From the human T2T-CHM13v2.0 reference genome, Homo sapiens: a DNA stretch of 64,000 bases. Every line of letters starts with the position of its first letter. The stretch's first letter is position 1. A program made the translations under genes and the position numbers. The stretch lies in the NCBI RefSeq assembly GCF_009914755.1, contig NC_060941.1; one strand, given 5' to 3'. Below are positions 11,101-26,100 of the stretch, one piece after another. The notes under the pieces were generated by a model. That model worked only from the letters and a program-made list of their open reading frames with translations, made no database searches and was not told where the DNA came from.

Positions 11101-14100
11101 TTTCGAGAGAGAAGCTTTGAAACACTCTTTTTCCAGAATCTGCAAGTGGACATTTGGAGGGCTTTGAGGCCTGTGGTGGAAAAGGAATTATCTTCCCGTA
11201 AAAGCTAGATAGAAGCATTCTCAGAAACTACTTTGTGATGATTGCATTCAAGTCACAGAGTTGAACATTCCCTTTGACAGAGCAGTTTGGAAACTCTCTT
11301 TGTGTAGAATCTGCAAGTGGAGATATGGACCGCTTTGAGGCCTATGGTAGTAAAGGAAATAGCTTCATATAAAAGCTAGACAGTAGCATTCACAGAAAAC
11401 TCTTGGTGACGACTGAGTTTAACTCACAGAGCTGAACATTCCTTTGGATGGAGCAGTTTCGAAACACACTATTTGTAGAATGTGCAAGTGGATATTTAGG
11501 CCTCTCTGAGGATTTCGTTGGAAACGGGATAAACCGCACAGAACTAAACAGAAGCATTCTCAGAACCTTCTTCGTGATGTTTGCATTCAACTCACAGTGT
11601 TGAACCTTTCTTTGATAGTTCAGGTTTGAAACGGTCTTTCTGTAGAAACTGCAAGTAGATATTTGGACCGCTCTGAGGATTTCGTTGGAAACGGGATAAC
11701 CCGCACAGAACTGAAACAGAAGCATTCTCAGAACCCTCTTCGTGATGTTTGCATTCAACTCACAGTGCTGAACCTTTCTTTGATAGTTCAGCTTTGAAAC
11801 ACTCTTTTTGTAGAAACTGCAAGTGGATATTTGGTCCTCTCTGAGGATTTCGTTGGAAACGGGATAAACTGCACAGAACTAAACAGAAGCATTCTCAGAA
11901 CCTTCTTCGTGATGTCTGCATTCAACTCACAGTGTGGAACCTTTCTTTGATAGTTCAGGTTTGAAACACTCTTTTTGTAGAAACTGCAAGGGGATAATTG
12001 CACTCTTTGAGGAGTACCGTAGTAAAGGAAATAACTTCCTATAAAAAGAAGACAGAACCTTTCTCAGAAAATTCTTTGGGATGATTGAGTTGAACTCACA
12101 GAGCTGAGCATTCCTTGCGATGTAGCAGTTTAGAAACACACTTTCTGCAGAATCTGCAAGTGCATATTTGGACCTCTGTGAGGAATTCGTTGGAAACGGG
12201 ATAATTTCAGCTGACTAAACAGAAGCAGTCTCAGAATCTTCTTTGTGATGTTTGCATTCAAATCCCCGAGTTGAACTTTCCTTTCAAAGTTCACGTTTGA
12301 AACACTCTTTTTGCAGGATCTACAAGTGGATATTTGGACCACTCTGTGTCCTTCGTTCGAAACGGGTATATCTTCACATGACATCTAGACAGAAGCATCC
12401 TCAGAAGCTTCTCTGTGATGACTGCATTCAACTCACGGAGTTGAACACTCCTTTTGAGAGCGCAGTTTTGAAACTCTCTTTCTGTGGCATCCGCAAGGGG
12501 ACATGTAGACCTCTTTGAAGATTTCGTTGGAAACGGAATCATCTTCACATAAAAACTACACAGATGCATTCTCAGGAACTTTTTGGTGATGTTTGTATTC
12601 AACTCCCAGAGTTGAACTTTCCTTTGGAAAGAGCAGCTATGAAACACTGTTTTTCTAGAATCTGCAAGTGGACGTTTGGAGGGCTTTGTGGTTTGTGGTG
12701 GAAAAGGAAATATCTTCACCTAAATACTAGATAGAAGCATTCTCAGAAACTGCTTTGTGATGATTGCATTCACCTCACAGAGTTGAACATTCCTATTGAT
12801 AGAGCAGTTTGGAAACACTCTTGTTGTGGAATGTGCAAGTGGAGATTTGGAGCGCTTTGAGGCCTATGGTAGTAAAGGGAATAGCTTCATAGAAAAACTA
12901 GACAGAAGCATTCTCAGAAAATACTTTGTGATGATTGAGTTTAACTCACAGAGCTGAACATTCCTTTGGATGGAGCAGGTTTGAGACACACTTTTTGTAG
13001 AATCTACAAGTGGATATTTGGACCTCTCTGAGGATTTCGTTGGAAACGGGATAACTGCACCTAACTAAACGGAAGCATTCTCAGAAACTTCTTGGTGATG
13101 TTTGCATTCAAATCCCAGAGTTGAACCTTCCTTTGATAGTTCAGGTTTGAAACACTCTTTTTGTAGGATCTGCAAGTGGATATTTGGACCACTCTGTGGC
13201 CTTCGTTCGAAACGGGTATATCTTCGCATAAAATCTAGACAGAAGCCTTCTCAGAAACTTCTCTGTGATGATTGCATTCAACTCACAGAGTTGAACCCTC
13301 CTATGGATAGAGCAGTGTTGAAACTCTCTTTTTGTGGAATCTGCAAGTGGATACGTGGACCTCTCCGAAGATGTCTTTGGAAACGGGAATATCTTCACAT
13401 AAAAACTAAACAGAAGCATTCTCAGAAACTTCTCTGTGATGTTTGTGTTCAACTCCCAGAGTTTCACATTGCTTTTCATAGAGTAGTTCTGAAACATGCT
13501 TTTCGTAGTGTCTACAAGTGGACATTTGGAGCGCTTTCAGGCCTGTGGTGGAAAACGAATTATGGTCACATAAAAACTGGAGAGAAGCATTGTCAGAAAC
13601 TTCTTTGTGATGATTGCATTCAACTCACAGAGTTGAAGGTTCCTTTTCAAAGAGCAGTTTCCAATCACTCTTTGTGTGGAATCTGCAAGTGGATATTCGG
13701 ACCTATTTTGAAGATTTCGTTGGAAACGGGAGAATCTTCACAGGAAAGCTAAACAGAAGCATTCTCAGAAACTTCTTTGTGATGCTTGCATTCAACTCAC
13801 AGAGTTGAACTTTCCTTTCGAGAGAGAAGCTTTGAAACACTCTTTTTCCAGAATCTGCAAGTGGACATTTGGAGGGCTTTGAGGCCTGTGGTGGAAAAGG
13901 AATTATCTTCCCGTAAAAGCTAGATAGAAGCATTCTCAGAAACTACTTTGTGATGATTGCATTCAAGTCACAGAGTTGAACATTCCCTTTGACAGAGCAG
14001 TTTGGAAACTCTCTTTGTGTAGAATCTGCAAGTGGAGATATGGACCGCTTTGAGGCCTATGGTAGTAAAGGAAATAGCTTCATATAAAAGCTAGACAGTA

Positions 14101-17100
14101 GCATTCACAGAAAACTCTTGGTGACGACTGAGTTTAACTCACAGAGCTGAACATTCCTTTGGATGGAGCAGTTTCGAAACACACTATTTGTAGAATGTGC
14201 AAGTGGATATTTAGGCCTCTCTGAGGATTTCGTTGGAAACGGGATAAACCGCACAGAACTAAACAGAAGCATTCTCAGAACCTTCTTCGTGATGTTTGCA
14301 TTCAACTCACAGTGTTGAACCTTTCTTTGATAGTTCAGGTTTGAAACGGTCTTTCTGTAGAAACTGCAAGTAGATATTTGGACCTCTCTGAGGATTTCGT
14401 TGGAAACGGGATAACCCGCACAGAACTAAAACAGAAGCATTCTCAGAACCCTCTTCGTGATGTTTGCATTCAACTCACAGTGCTGAACCTTTCTTTGATA
14501 GTTCAGCTTTGAAACACTCTTTTTGTAGAAACTGCAAGTGGATATTTGGTCCTCTCTGAGCATTTCGTTGGAAACGGGATAAACTGCACAGAACTAAACA
14601 GAAGCATTCTCAGAACCTTCTTCGTGATGTCTGCATTCAACTCACAGTGTGGAACCTTTCTTTGATAGTTCAGGTTTGAAACACTCTTTTTGTAGAAACT
14701 GCAAGGGGATAATTGCACTCTTTGAGGAGTACCGTAGTAAAGGAAATAACTTCCTATAAAAAGAAGACAGAAGCTTTCTCAGAAAATTCTTTGGGATGAT
14801 TGAGTTGAACTCACAGAGCTGAGCATTCCTTGCGATGTAGCAGTTTAGAAACACACTTTCTGCAGAATCTGCAAGTGCATATTTGGACCTCTGTGAGGAA
14901 TTCGTTGGAAACGGGATAATTTCAGCTGACTAAACAGAAGCAGTCTCAGAATCTTCTTTGTGATGTTTGCATTCAAATCCCCGAGTTGAACTTTCCTTTC
15001 AAAGTTCACGTTTGAAACACTCTTTTTGCAGGATCTACAAGTGGATATTTGGACCACTCTGTGTCCTTCGTTCGAAACGGGTATATCTTCACATGACATC
15101 TAGACAGAAGCATCCTCAGAAGCTTCTCTGTGATGACTGCATTCAACTCACGGAGTTGAACACTCCTTTTGAGAGCGCAGTTTTGAAACTCTCTTTCTGT
15201 GGCATCTGCAAGGGGACATGTAGACCTCTTTGAAGATTTCGTTGGAAACGGAATCATCTTCACATAAAAACTATACAGATGCATTCTCAGGAACTTTTTG
15301 GTGATGTTTGTATTCAACTCCCAGAGTTGAACTTTCCTTTGGAAAGAGCAGCTATGAAACACTCTTTTTCTAGAATCTGCAAGTGGACGTTTGGAGGGCT
15401 TTGTGGTTTGTGGTGGAAAAGGAAATATCTTCACCTAAATACTAGATAGAAGCATTCTCAGAAACTGCTTTGTGATGATTGCATTCACCTCACAGAGTTG
15501 AACATTCCTATTGATAGAGCAGTTTGGAAACACTCTTGTTGTGGAATGTGCAAGTGGAGATTTGGAGCGCTTTGAGGCCTATGGTAGTAAAGGGAATAGC
15601 TTCATAGAAAAACTAGACAGAAGCATTCTCAGAAAATACTTTGTGATGATTGAGTTTAACTCACAGAGCTGAACATTCCTTTGGATGGAGCAGGTTTGAG
15701 ACACACCTTTTGTAGAATCTACAAGTGGATATTTGGACCTCTCTGAGGATTTCGTTGGAAACGGGATAACTGCACCTAACTAAACGGAAGCATTCTCAGA
15801 AACTTCTTGGTGATGTTTGCATTCAAATCCCAGAGTTGAACCTTCCTTTGATAGTTCAGGTTTGAAACACTCTTTTTGTAGGATCTGCAAGTGGATATTT
15901 GGACCACTCTGTGGCCTTCGTTCGAAACGGGTATATCTTCGCATAAAATCTAGACAGAAGCCTTCTCAGAAACTTCTCTGTGATGATTGCATTCAACTCA
16001 CAGAGTTGAACCCTCCTATGGATAGAGCAGTGTTGAAACTCTCTTTTTGTGGAATCTGCAAGTGGATACGTGGACCTCTCCGAAGATGTCTTTGGAAACG
16101 GGAATATCTTCACATAAAAACTAAACAGAAGCATTCTCAGAAACTTCTCTGTGATGTTTGTGTTCAACTCCCAGAGTTTCACATTGCTTTTCATAGAGTA
16201 GTTCTGAAACATGCTTTTCGTAGTGTCTACAAGTGGACATTTGGAGCGCTTTCAGGCCTGTGGTGGAAAACGAATTATGGTCACATAAAAACTGGAGAGA
16301 AGCATTGTCAGAAACTTCTTTGTGATGATTGCATTCAACTCACAGAGTTGAAGGTTCCTTTTCAAAGAGCAGTTTCCAATCACTCTTTCTGTGGAATCTG
16401 CAAGTGGATATTTGGACCTATTTTGAAGATTTCGTTGGAAACGGGAGAATCTTCACAGGAAAGCTAAACAGAAGCATTCTCAGAAACTTCTTTGTGATGC
16501 TTGCATTCAACTCACAGAGTTGAACTTTCCTTTCGAGAGAGAAGCTTTGAAACACTCTTTTTCCAGAATCTGCAAGTGGACATTTGGAGGGCTTTGAGGC
16601 CTGTGGTGGAAAAGGAATTATCTTCCCGTAAAAGCTAGATAGAAGCATTCTCAGAAACTACTTTGTGATGATTGCATTCAAGTCACAGAGTTGAACATTC
16701 CCTTTGACAGAGCAGTTTGGAAACTCTCTTTGTGTAGAATCTGCAAGTGGAGATATGGACCGCTTTGAGGCCTATGGTAGTAAAGGAAATAGCTTCATAT
16801 AAAAGCTAGACAGTAGCATTCACAGAAAACTCTTGGTGACGACTGAGTTTAACTCACAGAGCTGAACATTCCTTTGGATGGAGCAGTTTCGAAACACACT
16901 ATTTGTAGAATGTGCAAGTGGATATTTAGGCCTCTCTGAGGATTTCGTTGGAAACGGGTTAAACCGCACAGAACTAAACAGAAGCATTCTCAGAACCTTC
17001 TTCGTGATGTTTGCATTCAACTCACAGTGTTGAACCTTTCTTTGATAGTTCAGGTTTGAAACGGTCTTTCTGCAGAAACTGCAAGTAGATATTTGGACCG

Positions 17101-20100
17101 CTCTGAGGATTTCGTTGGAAACGGGATAACCCGCACAGAACTAAAACAGAAGCCTTCTCAGAACCCTCTTCGTGATGTTTGCATTCAACTCACAGTGCTG
17201 AACCTTTCTTTGATAGTTCAGCTTTGAAACACTCTTTTTGTAGAAACTGCAAGTGGATATTTGGTCCTCTCTGAGCATTTCGTTGGAAACGGGATAAACT
17301 GCACAGAACTAAACAGAAGCATTCTCAGAACCTTCTTCGTGATGTCTGCATTCAACTCACAGTGTGGAACCTTTCTTTGATAGTTCAGGTTTGAAACACT
17401 CTTTTTGTAGAAACTGCAAGGGGATAATTGCACTCTTTGAGGAGTACCGTAGTAAAGGAAATAACTTCCTATAAAAAGAAGACAGAAGCTTTCTCAGAAA
17501 ATTCTTTGGGATGATTGAGTTGAACTCACAGAGCTGAGCATTCCTTGCGATGTAGCAGTTTAGAAACACACTTTCTGCAGAATCTGCAAGTGCATATTTG
17601 GACCTCTGTGAGGAATTCGTTGGAAACGGGATAATTTCAGCTGACTAAACAGAAGCAGTCTCAGAATCTTCTTTGTGATGTTTGCATTCAAATCCCCGAG
17701 TTGAACTTTCCTTTCAAAGTTCACGTTTGAAACACTCTTTTTGCAGGATCTACAAGTGGATATTTGGACCACTCTGTGTCCTTCGTTCGAAACGGGTATA
17801 TCTTCACATGACATCTAGACAGAAGCATCCTCAGAAGCTTCTCTGTGATGACTGCATTCAACTCACGGAGTTGAACACTCCTTTTGAGAGCGCAGTTTTG
17901 AAACTCTCTTTCTGTGGCATCTGCAAGGGGACATGTAGACCTCTTTGAAGATTTCGTTGGAAACGGAATCATCTTCACATAAAAACTATACAGATGCATT
18001 CTCAGGAACTTTTTGGTGATGTTTGTATTCAACTCCCAGAGTTGAACTTTCCTTTGGAAAGAGCAGCTATGAAACACTCTTTTTCTAGAATCTGCAAGTG
18101 GACGTTTGGAGGGCTTTGTGGTTTGTGGTGGAAAAGGAAATATCTTCACCTAAATACTAGATAGAAGCATTCTCAGAAACTGCTTTGTGATGATTGCATT
18201 CACCTCACAGAGTTGAACATTCCTATTGATAGAGCAGTTTGGAAACACTCTTGTTGTGGAATGTGCAAGTGGAGATTTGGAGCGCTTTGAGGCCTATGGT
18301 AGTAAAGGGAATAGCTTCATAGAAAAACTAGACAGAAGCATTCTCAGAAAATACTTTGTGATGATTGAGTTTAACTCACAGAGCTGAACATTCCTTTGGA
18401 TGGAGCAGGTTTGAGACACACCTTTTGTAGAATCTACAAGTGGATATTTGGACCTCTCTGAGGATTTCGTTGGAAACGGGATAACTGCACCTAACTAAAC
18501 GGAAGCATTCTCAGAAACTTCTTGGTGATGTTTGCATTCAAATCCCAGAGTTGAACCTTCCTTTGATAGTTCAGGTTTGAAACACTCTTTTTGTAGGATC
18601 TGCAAGTGGATATTTGGACCACTCTGTGGCCTTCGTTCGAAACGGGTATATCTTCGCATAAAATCTAGACAGAAGCCTTCTCAGAAACTTCTCTGTGATG
18701 ATTGCATTCAACTCACAGAGTTGAACCCTCCTATGGATAGAGCAGTGTTGAAACTCTCTTTTTGTGGAATCTGCAAGTGGATACGTGGACCTCTCCGAAG
18801 ATGTCTTTGGAAACGGGAATATCTTCACATAAAAACTAAACAGAAGCATTCTCAGAAACTTCTCTGTGATGTTTGTGTTCAACTCCCAGAGTTTCACATT
18901 GCTTTTCATAGAGTAGTTCTGAAACATGCTTTTCGTAGTGTCTACAAGTGGACATTTGGAGCGCTTTCAGGCCTGTGGTGGAAAACGAATTATGGTCACA
19001 TAAAAACTGGAGAGAAGCATTGTCAGAAACTTCTTTGTGATGATTGCATTCAACTCACAGAGTTGAAGGTTCCTTTTCAAAGAGCAGTTTCCAATCACTC
19101 TTTCTGTGGAATCTGCAAGTGGATATTTGGACCTATTTTGAAGATTTCGTTGGAAACGGGAGAATCTTCACAGGAAAGCTAAACAGAAGCATTCTCAGAA
19201 ACTTCTTTGTGATGCTTGCATTCAACTCACAGAGTTGAACTTTCCTTTCGAGAGAGAAGCTTTGAAACACTCTTTTTCCAGAATCTGCAAGTGGACATTT
19301 GGAGGGCTTTGAGGCCTGTGGTGGAAAAGGAATTATCTTCCCGTAAAAGCTAGATAGAAGCATTCTCAGAAACTACTTTGTGATGATTGCATTCAAGTCA
19401 CAGAGTTGAACATTCCCTTTGACAGAGCAGTTTGGAAACTCTCTTTGTGTAGAATCTGCAAGTGGAGATATGGACCGCTTTGAGGCCTATGGTAGTAAAG
19501 GAAATAGCTTCATATAAAAGCTAGACAGTAGCATTCACAGAAAACTCTTGGTGACGACTGAGTTTAACTCACAGAGCTGAACATTCCTTTGGATGGAGCA
19601 GTTTCGAAACACACTATTTGTAGAATGTGCAAGTGGATATTTAGGCCTCTCTGTGGATTTCGTTGGAAACGGGATAAACCGCACAGAACTAAACAGAAGC
19701 ATTCTCAGAACCTTCTTCGTGATGTTTGCATTCAACTCACAGTGTTGAACCTTTCTTTGATAGTTCAGGTTTGAAACGGTCTTTCTGTAGAAACTGCAAG
19801 TACATATTTGGGCCGCTCTGAGGATTTCGTTGGAAACGGGATAACCCGCACAGAACTAAAACAGAAGCATTCTCAGAACCCTCTTCGTGATGTTTGCATT
19901 CAACTCACAGTGCTGAACCTTTCTTTGATAGTTCAGCTTTGAAACACTCTTTTTGTAGAAACTGCAAGTGGATATTTGGTCCTCTCTGAGGATTTCGTTG
20001 GAAACGGGATAAACTGCACAGAACTAAACAGAAGCATTCTCAGAACCTTCTTCGTGATGTCTGCATTCAACTCACAGTGTGGAACCTTTCTTTGATAGTT

Positions 20101-23100
20101 CAGGTTTGAAACACTCTTTTTGTAGAAACTGCAAGGGGATAATTGCACTCTTTGAGGAGTACCGTAGTAAAGGAAATAACTTCCTATAAAAAGAAGACAG
20201 AAGCTTTCTCAGAAAATTCTTTGGGATGATTGAGTTGAACTCACAGAGCTGAGCATTCCTTGCGATGTAGCAGTTTAGAAACACACTTTCTGCAGAATCT
20301 GCAAGTGCATATTTGGACCTCTGTGAGGAATTCGTTGGAAACGGGATAATTTCAGCTGACTAAACAGAAGCAGTCTCAGAATCTTCTTTGTGATGTTTGC
20401 ATTCAAATCCCCGAGTTGAACTTTCCTTTCAAAGTTCACGTTTGAAACACTCTTTTTGCAGGATCTACAAGTGGATATTTGGACCACTCTGTGTCCTTCG
20501 TTCGAAACGGGTATATCTTCACATGACATCTAGACAGAAGCATCCTCAGAAGCTTCTCTGTGATGACTGCATTCAACTCACGGAGTTGAACACTCCTTTT
20601 GAGAGCGCAGTTTTGAAACTCTCTTTCTGTGGCATCTGCAAGGGGACATGTAGACCTCTTTGAAGATTTCGTTGGAAACGGAATCATCTTCACATAAAAA
20701 CTATACAGATGCATTCTCAGGAACTTTTTGGTGATGTTTGTATTCAACTCCCAGAGTTGAACTTTCCTTTGGAAAGAGCAGCTATGAAACACTGTTTTTC
20801 TAGAATCTGCAAGTGGACGTTTGGAGGGCTTTGTGGTTTGTGGTGGAAAAGGAAATATCTTCACCTAAATACTAGATAGAAGCATTCTCAGAAACTGCTT
20901 TGTGATGATTGCATTCACCTCACAGAGTTGAACATTCCTATTGATAGAGCAGTTTGGAAACACTCTTGTTGTGGAATGTGCAAGTGGAGATTTGGAGCGC
21001 TTTGAGGCCTATGGTAGTAAAGGGAATAGCTTCATAGAAAAACTAGACAGAAGCATTCTCAGAAAATACTTTGTGATGATTGAGTTTAACTCACAGAGCT
21101 GAACATTCCTTTGGATGGAGCAGGTTTGAGACACACCTTTTGTAGAATCTACAAGTGGATATTTGGACCTCTCTGAGGATTTCGTTGGAAACGGGATAAC
21201 TGCACCTAACTAAACGGAAGCATTCTCAGAAACTTCTTGGTGATGTTTGCATTCAAATCCCAGAGTTGAACCTTCCTTTGATAGTTCAGGTTTGAAACAC
21301 TCTTTTTGTAGGATCTGCAAGTGGATATTTGGACCACTCTGTGGCCTTCGTTCGAAACGGGTATATCTTCGCATAAAATCTAGACAGAAGCCTTCTCAGA
21401 AACTTCTCTGTGATGATTGCATTCAACTCACAGAGTTGAACCCTCCTATGGATAGAGCAGTGTTGAAACTCTCTTTTTGTGGAATCTGCAAGTGGATACG
21501 TGGACCTCTCCGAAGATGTCTTTGGAAACGGGAATATCTTCACATAAAAACTAAACAGAAGCATTCTCAGAAACTTCTCTGTGATGTTTGTGTTCAACTC
21601 CCAGAGTTTCACATTGCTTTTCATAGAGTAGTTCTGAAACATGCTTTTCGTAGTGTCTACAAGTGGACATTTGGAGCGCTTTCAGGCCTGTGGTGGAAAA
21701 CGAATTATGGTCACATAAAAACTGGAGAGAAGCATTGTCAGAAACTTCTTTGTGATGATTGCATTCAACTCACAGAGTTGAAGGTTCCTTTTCAAAGAGC
21801 AGTTTCCAATCACTCTTTCTGTGGAATCTGCAAGTGGATATTTGGACCTATTTTGAAGATTTCGTTGGAAACGGGAGAATCTTCACAGGAAAGCTAAACA
21901 GAAGCATTCTCAGAAACTTCTTTGTGATGCTTGCATTCAACTCACAGAGTTGAACTTTCCTTTCGAGAGAGAAGCTTTGAAACACTCTTTTTCCAGAATC
22001 TGCAAGTGGACATTTGGAGGGCTTTGAGGCCTGTGGTGGAAAAGGAATTATCTTCCCGTAAAAGCTAGATAGAAGCATTCTCAGAAACTACTTTGTGATG
22101 ATTGCATTCAAGTCACAGAGTTGAACATTCCCTTTGACAGAGCAGTTTGGAAACTCTCTTTGTGTAGAATCTGCAAGTGGAGATATGGACCGCTTTGAGG
22201 CCTATGGTAGTAAAGGAAATAGCTTCATATAAAAGCTAGACAGTAGCATTCACAGAAAACTCTTGGTGACGACTGAGTTTAACTCACAGAGCTGAACATT
22301 CCTTTGGATGGAGCAGTTTCGAAACACACTATTTGTAGAATGTGCAAGTGGATATTTAGGCCTCTCTGAGGATTTCGTTGGAAACGGGATAAACCGCACA
22401 GAACTAAACAGAAGCATTCTCAGAACCTTCTTCGTGATGTTTGCATTCAACTCACAGTGTTGAACCTTTCTTTGATAGTTCAGGTTTGAAACGGTCTTTC
22501 TGTAGAAACTGCAAGTAGATATTTGGACCTCTCTGAGGATTTCGTTGGAAACGGGATAACCCGCACAGAACTAAAACAGAAGCATTCTCAGAACCCTCTT
22601 CCTGATGTTTGCATTCAACTCACAGTGCTGAACCTTTCTTTGATAGTTCAGCTTTGAAACACTCTTTTTGTAGAAACTGCAAGTGGATATTTGGTCCTCT
22701 CTGAGCATTTCGTTGGAAACGGGATAAACTGCACAGAACTAAACAGAAGCATTCTCAGAACCTTCTTCGTGATGTCTGCATTCAACTCACAGTGTGGAAC
22801 CTTTCTTTGATAGTTCAGGTTTGAAACACTCTTTTTGTAGAAACTGCAAGGGGATAATTGCACTCTTTGAGGAGTACCGTAGTAAAGGAAATAACTTCCT
22901 ATAAAAAGAAGACAGAAGCTTTCTCAGAAAATTCTTTGGGATGATTGAGTTGAACTCACAGAGCTGAGCATTCCTTGCGATGTAGCAGTTTAGAAACACA
23001 CTTTCTGCAGAATCTGCAAGTGCATATTTGGACCTCTGTGAGGAATTCGTTGGAAACGGGATAATTTCAGCTGACTAAACAGAAGCAGTCTCAGAATCTT

Positions 23101-26100
23101 CTTTGTGATGTTTGCATTCAAATCCCCGAGTTGAACTTTCCTTTCAAAGTTCACGTTTGAAACACTCTTTTTGCAGGATCTACAAGTGGATATTTGGACC
23201 ACTCTGTGTCCTTCGTTCGAAACGGGTATATCTTCACATGACATCTAGACAGAAGCATCCTCAGAAGCTTCTCTGTGATGACTGCATTCAACTCACGGAG
23301 TTGAACACTCCTTTTGAGAGCGCAGTTTTGAAACTCTCTTTCTGTGGCATCTGCAAGGGGACATGTAGACCTCTTTGAAGATTTCGTTGGAAACGGAATC
23401 ATCTTCACATAAAAACTATACAGATGCATTCTCAGGAACTTTTTGGTGATGTTTGTATTCAACTCCCAGAGTTGAACTTTCCTTTGGAAAGAGCAGCTAT
23501 GAAACACTGTTTTTCTAGAATCTGCAAGTGGACGTTTGGAGGGCTTTGTGGTTTGTGGTGGAAAAGGAAATATCTTCACCTAAATACTAGATAGAAGCAT
23601 TCTCAGAAACTGCTTTGTGATGATTGCATTCACCTCACAGAGTTGAACATTCCTATTGATAGAGCAGTTTGGAAACACTCTTGTTGTGGAATGTGCAAGT
23701 GGAGATTTGGAGCGCTTTGAGGCCTATGGTAGTAAAGGGAATAGCTTCATAGAAAAACTAGACAGAAGCATTCTCAGAAAATACTTTGTGATGATTGAGT
23801 TTAACTCACAGAGCTGAACATTCCTTTGGATGGAGCAGGTTTGAGACACACCTTTTGTAGAATCTACAAGTGGATATTTGGACCTCTCTGAGGATTTCGT
23901 TGGAAACGGGATAACTGCACCTAACTAAACGGAAGCATTCTCAGAAACTTCTTGGTGATGTTTGCATTCAAATCCCAGAGTTGAACCTTCCTTTGATAGT
24001 TCAGGTTTGAAACACTCTTTTTGTAGGATCTGCAAGTGGATATTTGGACCACTCTGTGGCCTTCGTTCGAAACGGGTATATCTTCGCATAAAATCTAGAC
24101 AGAAGCCTTCTCAGAAACTTCTCTGTGATGATTGCATTCAACTCACAGAGTTGAACCCTCCTATGGATAGAGCAGTGTTGAAACTCTCTTTTTGTGGAAT
24201 CTGCAAGTGGATACGTGGACCTCTCCGAAGATGTCTTTGGAAACGGGAATATCTTCACATAAAAACTAAACAGAAGCATTCTCAGAAACTTCTCTGTGAT
24301 GTTTGTGTTCAACTCCCAGAGTTTCACATTGCTTTTCATAGAGTAGTTCTGAAACATGCTTTTCGTAGTGTCTACAAGTGGACATTTGGAGCGCTTTCAG
24401 GCCTGTGGTGGAAAACGAATTATGGTCACATAAAAACTGGAGAGAAGCATTGTCAGAAACTTCTTTGTGATGATTGCATTCAACTCACAGAGTTGAAGGT
24501 TCCTTTTCAAAGAGCAGTTTCCAATCACTCTTTCTGTGGAATCTGCAAGTGGATATTTGGACCTATTTTGAAGATTTCGTTGGAAACGGGAGAATCTTCA
24601 CAGGAAAGCTAAACAGAAGCATTCTCAGAAACTTCTTTGTGATGCTTGCATTCAACTCACAGAGTTGAACTTTCCTTTCGAGAGAGAAGCTTTGAAACAC
24701 TCTTTTTCCAGAATCTGCAAGTGGACATTTGGAGGGCTTTGAGGCCTGTGGTGGAAAAGGAATTATCTTCCCGTAAAAGCTAGATAGAAGCATTCTCAGA
24801 AACTACTTTGTGATGATTGCATTCAAGTCACAGATGTGAACATTCCCTTTGACAGAGCAGTTTGGAAACTCTCTTTGTGTAGAATCTGCAAGTGGAGATA
24901 TGGACCGCTTTGAGGCCTATGGTAGTAAAGGAAATAGCTTCATATAAAAGCTAGACAGTAGCATTCACAGAAAACTCTTGGTGACGACTGAGTTTAACTC
25001 ACAGAGCTGAACATTCCTTTGGATGGAGCAGTTTCGAAACACACTATTTGTAGAATGTGCAAGTGGATATTTAGGCCTCTCTGAGGATTTCGTTGGAAAC
25101 GGGTTAAACCGCACAGAACTAAACAGAAGCATTCTCAGAACCTTCTTCGTGATGTTTGCATTCAACTCACAGTGTTGAACCTTTCTTTGATAGTTCAGGT
25201 TTGAAACGGTCTTTCTGCAGAAACTGCAAGTAGATATTTGGACCGCTCTGAGGATTTCGTTGGAAACGGGATAACCCGCACAGAACTAAAACAGAAGCCT
25301 TCTCAGAACCCTCTTCGTGATGTTTGCATTCAACTCACAGTGCTGAACCTTTCTTTGATAGTTCAGCTTTGAAACACTCTTTTTGTAGAAACTGCAAGTG
25401 GATATTTGGTCCTCTCTGAGCATTTCGTTGGAAACGGGATAAACTGCACAGAACTAAACAGAAGCATTCTCAGAACCTTCTTCGTGATGTCTGCATTCAA
25501 CTCACAGTGTGGAACCTTTCTTTGATAGTTCAGGTTTGAAACACTCTTTTTGTAGAAACTGCAAGGGGATAATTGCACTCTTTGAGGAGTACCGTAGTAA
25601 AGGAAATAACTTCCTATAAAAAGAAGACAGAAGCTTTCTCAGAAAATTCTTTGGGATGATTGAGTTGAACTCACAGAGCTGAGCATTCCTTGCGATGTAG
25701 CAGTTTAGAAACACACTTTCTGCAGAATCTGCAAGTGCATATTTGGACCTCTGTGAGGAATTCGTTGGAAACGGGATAATTTCAGCTGACTAAACAGAAG
25801 CAGTCTCAGAATCTTCTTTGTGATGTTTGCATTCAAATCCCCGAGTTGAACTTTCCTTTCAAAGTTCACGTTTGAAACACTCTTTTTGCAGGATCTACAA
25901 GTGGATATTTGGACCACTCTGTGTCCTTCGTTCGAAACGGGTATATCTTCACATGACATCTAGACAGAAGCATCCTCAGAAGCTTCTCTGTGATGACTGC
26001 ATTCAACTCACGGAGTTGAACACTCCTTTTGAGAGCGCAGTTTTGAAACTCTCTTTCTGTGGCATCTGCAAGGGGACATGTAGACCTCTTTGAAGATTTC

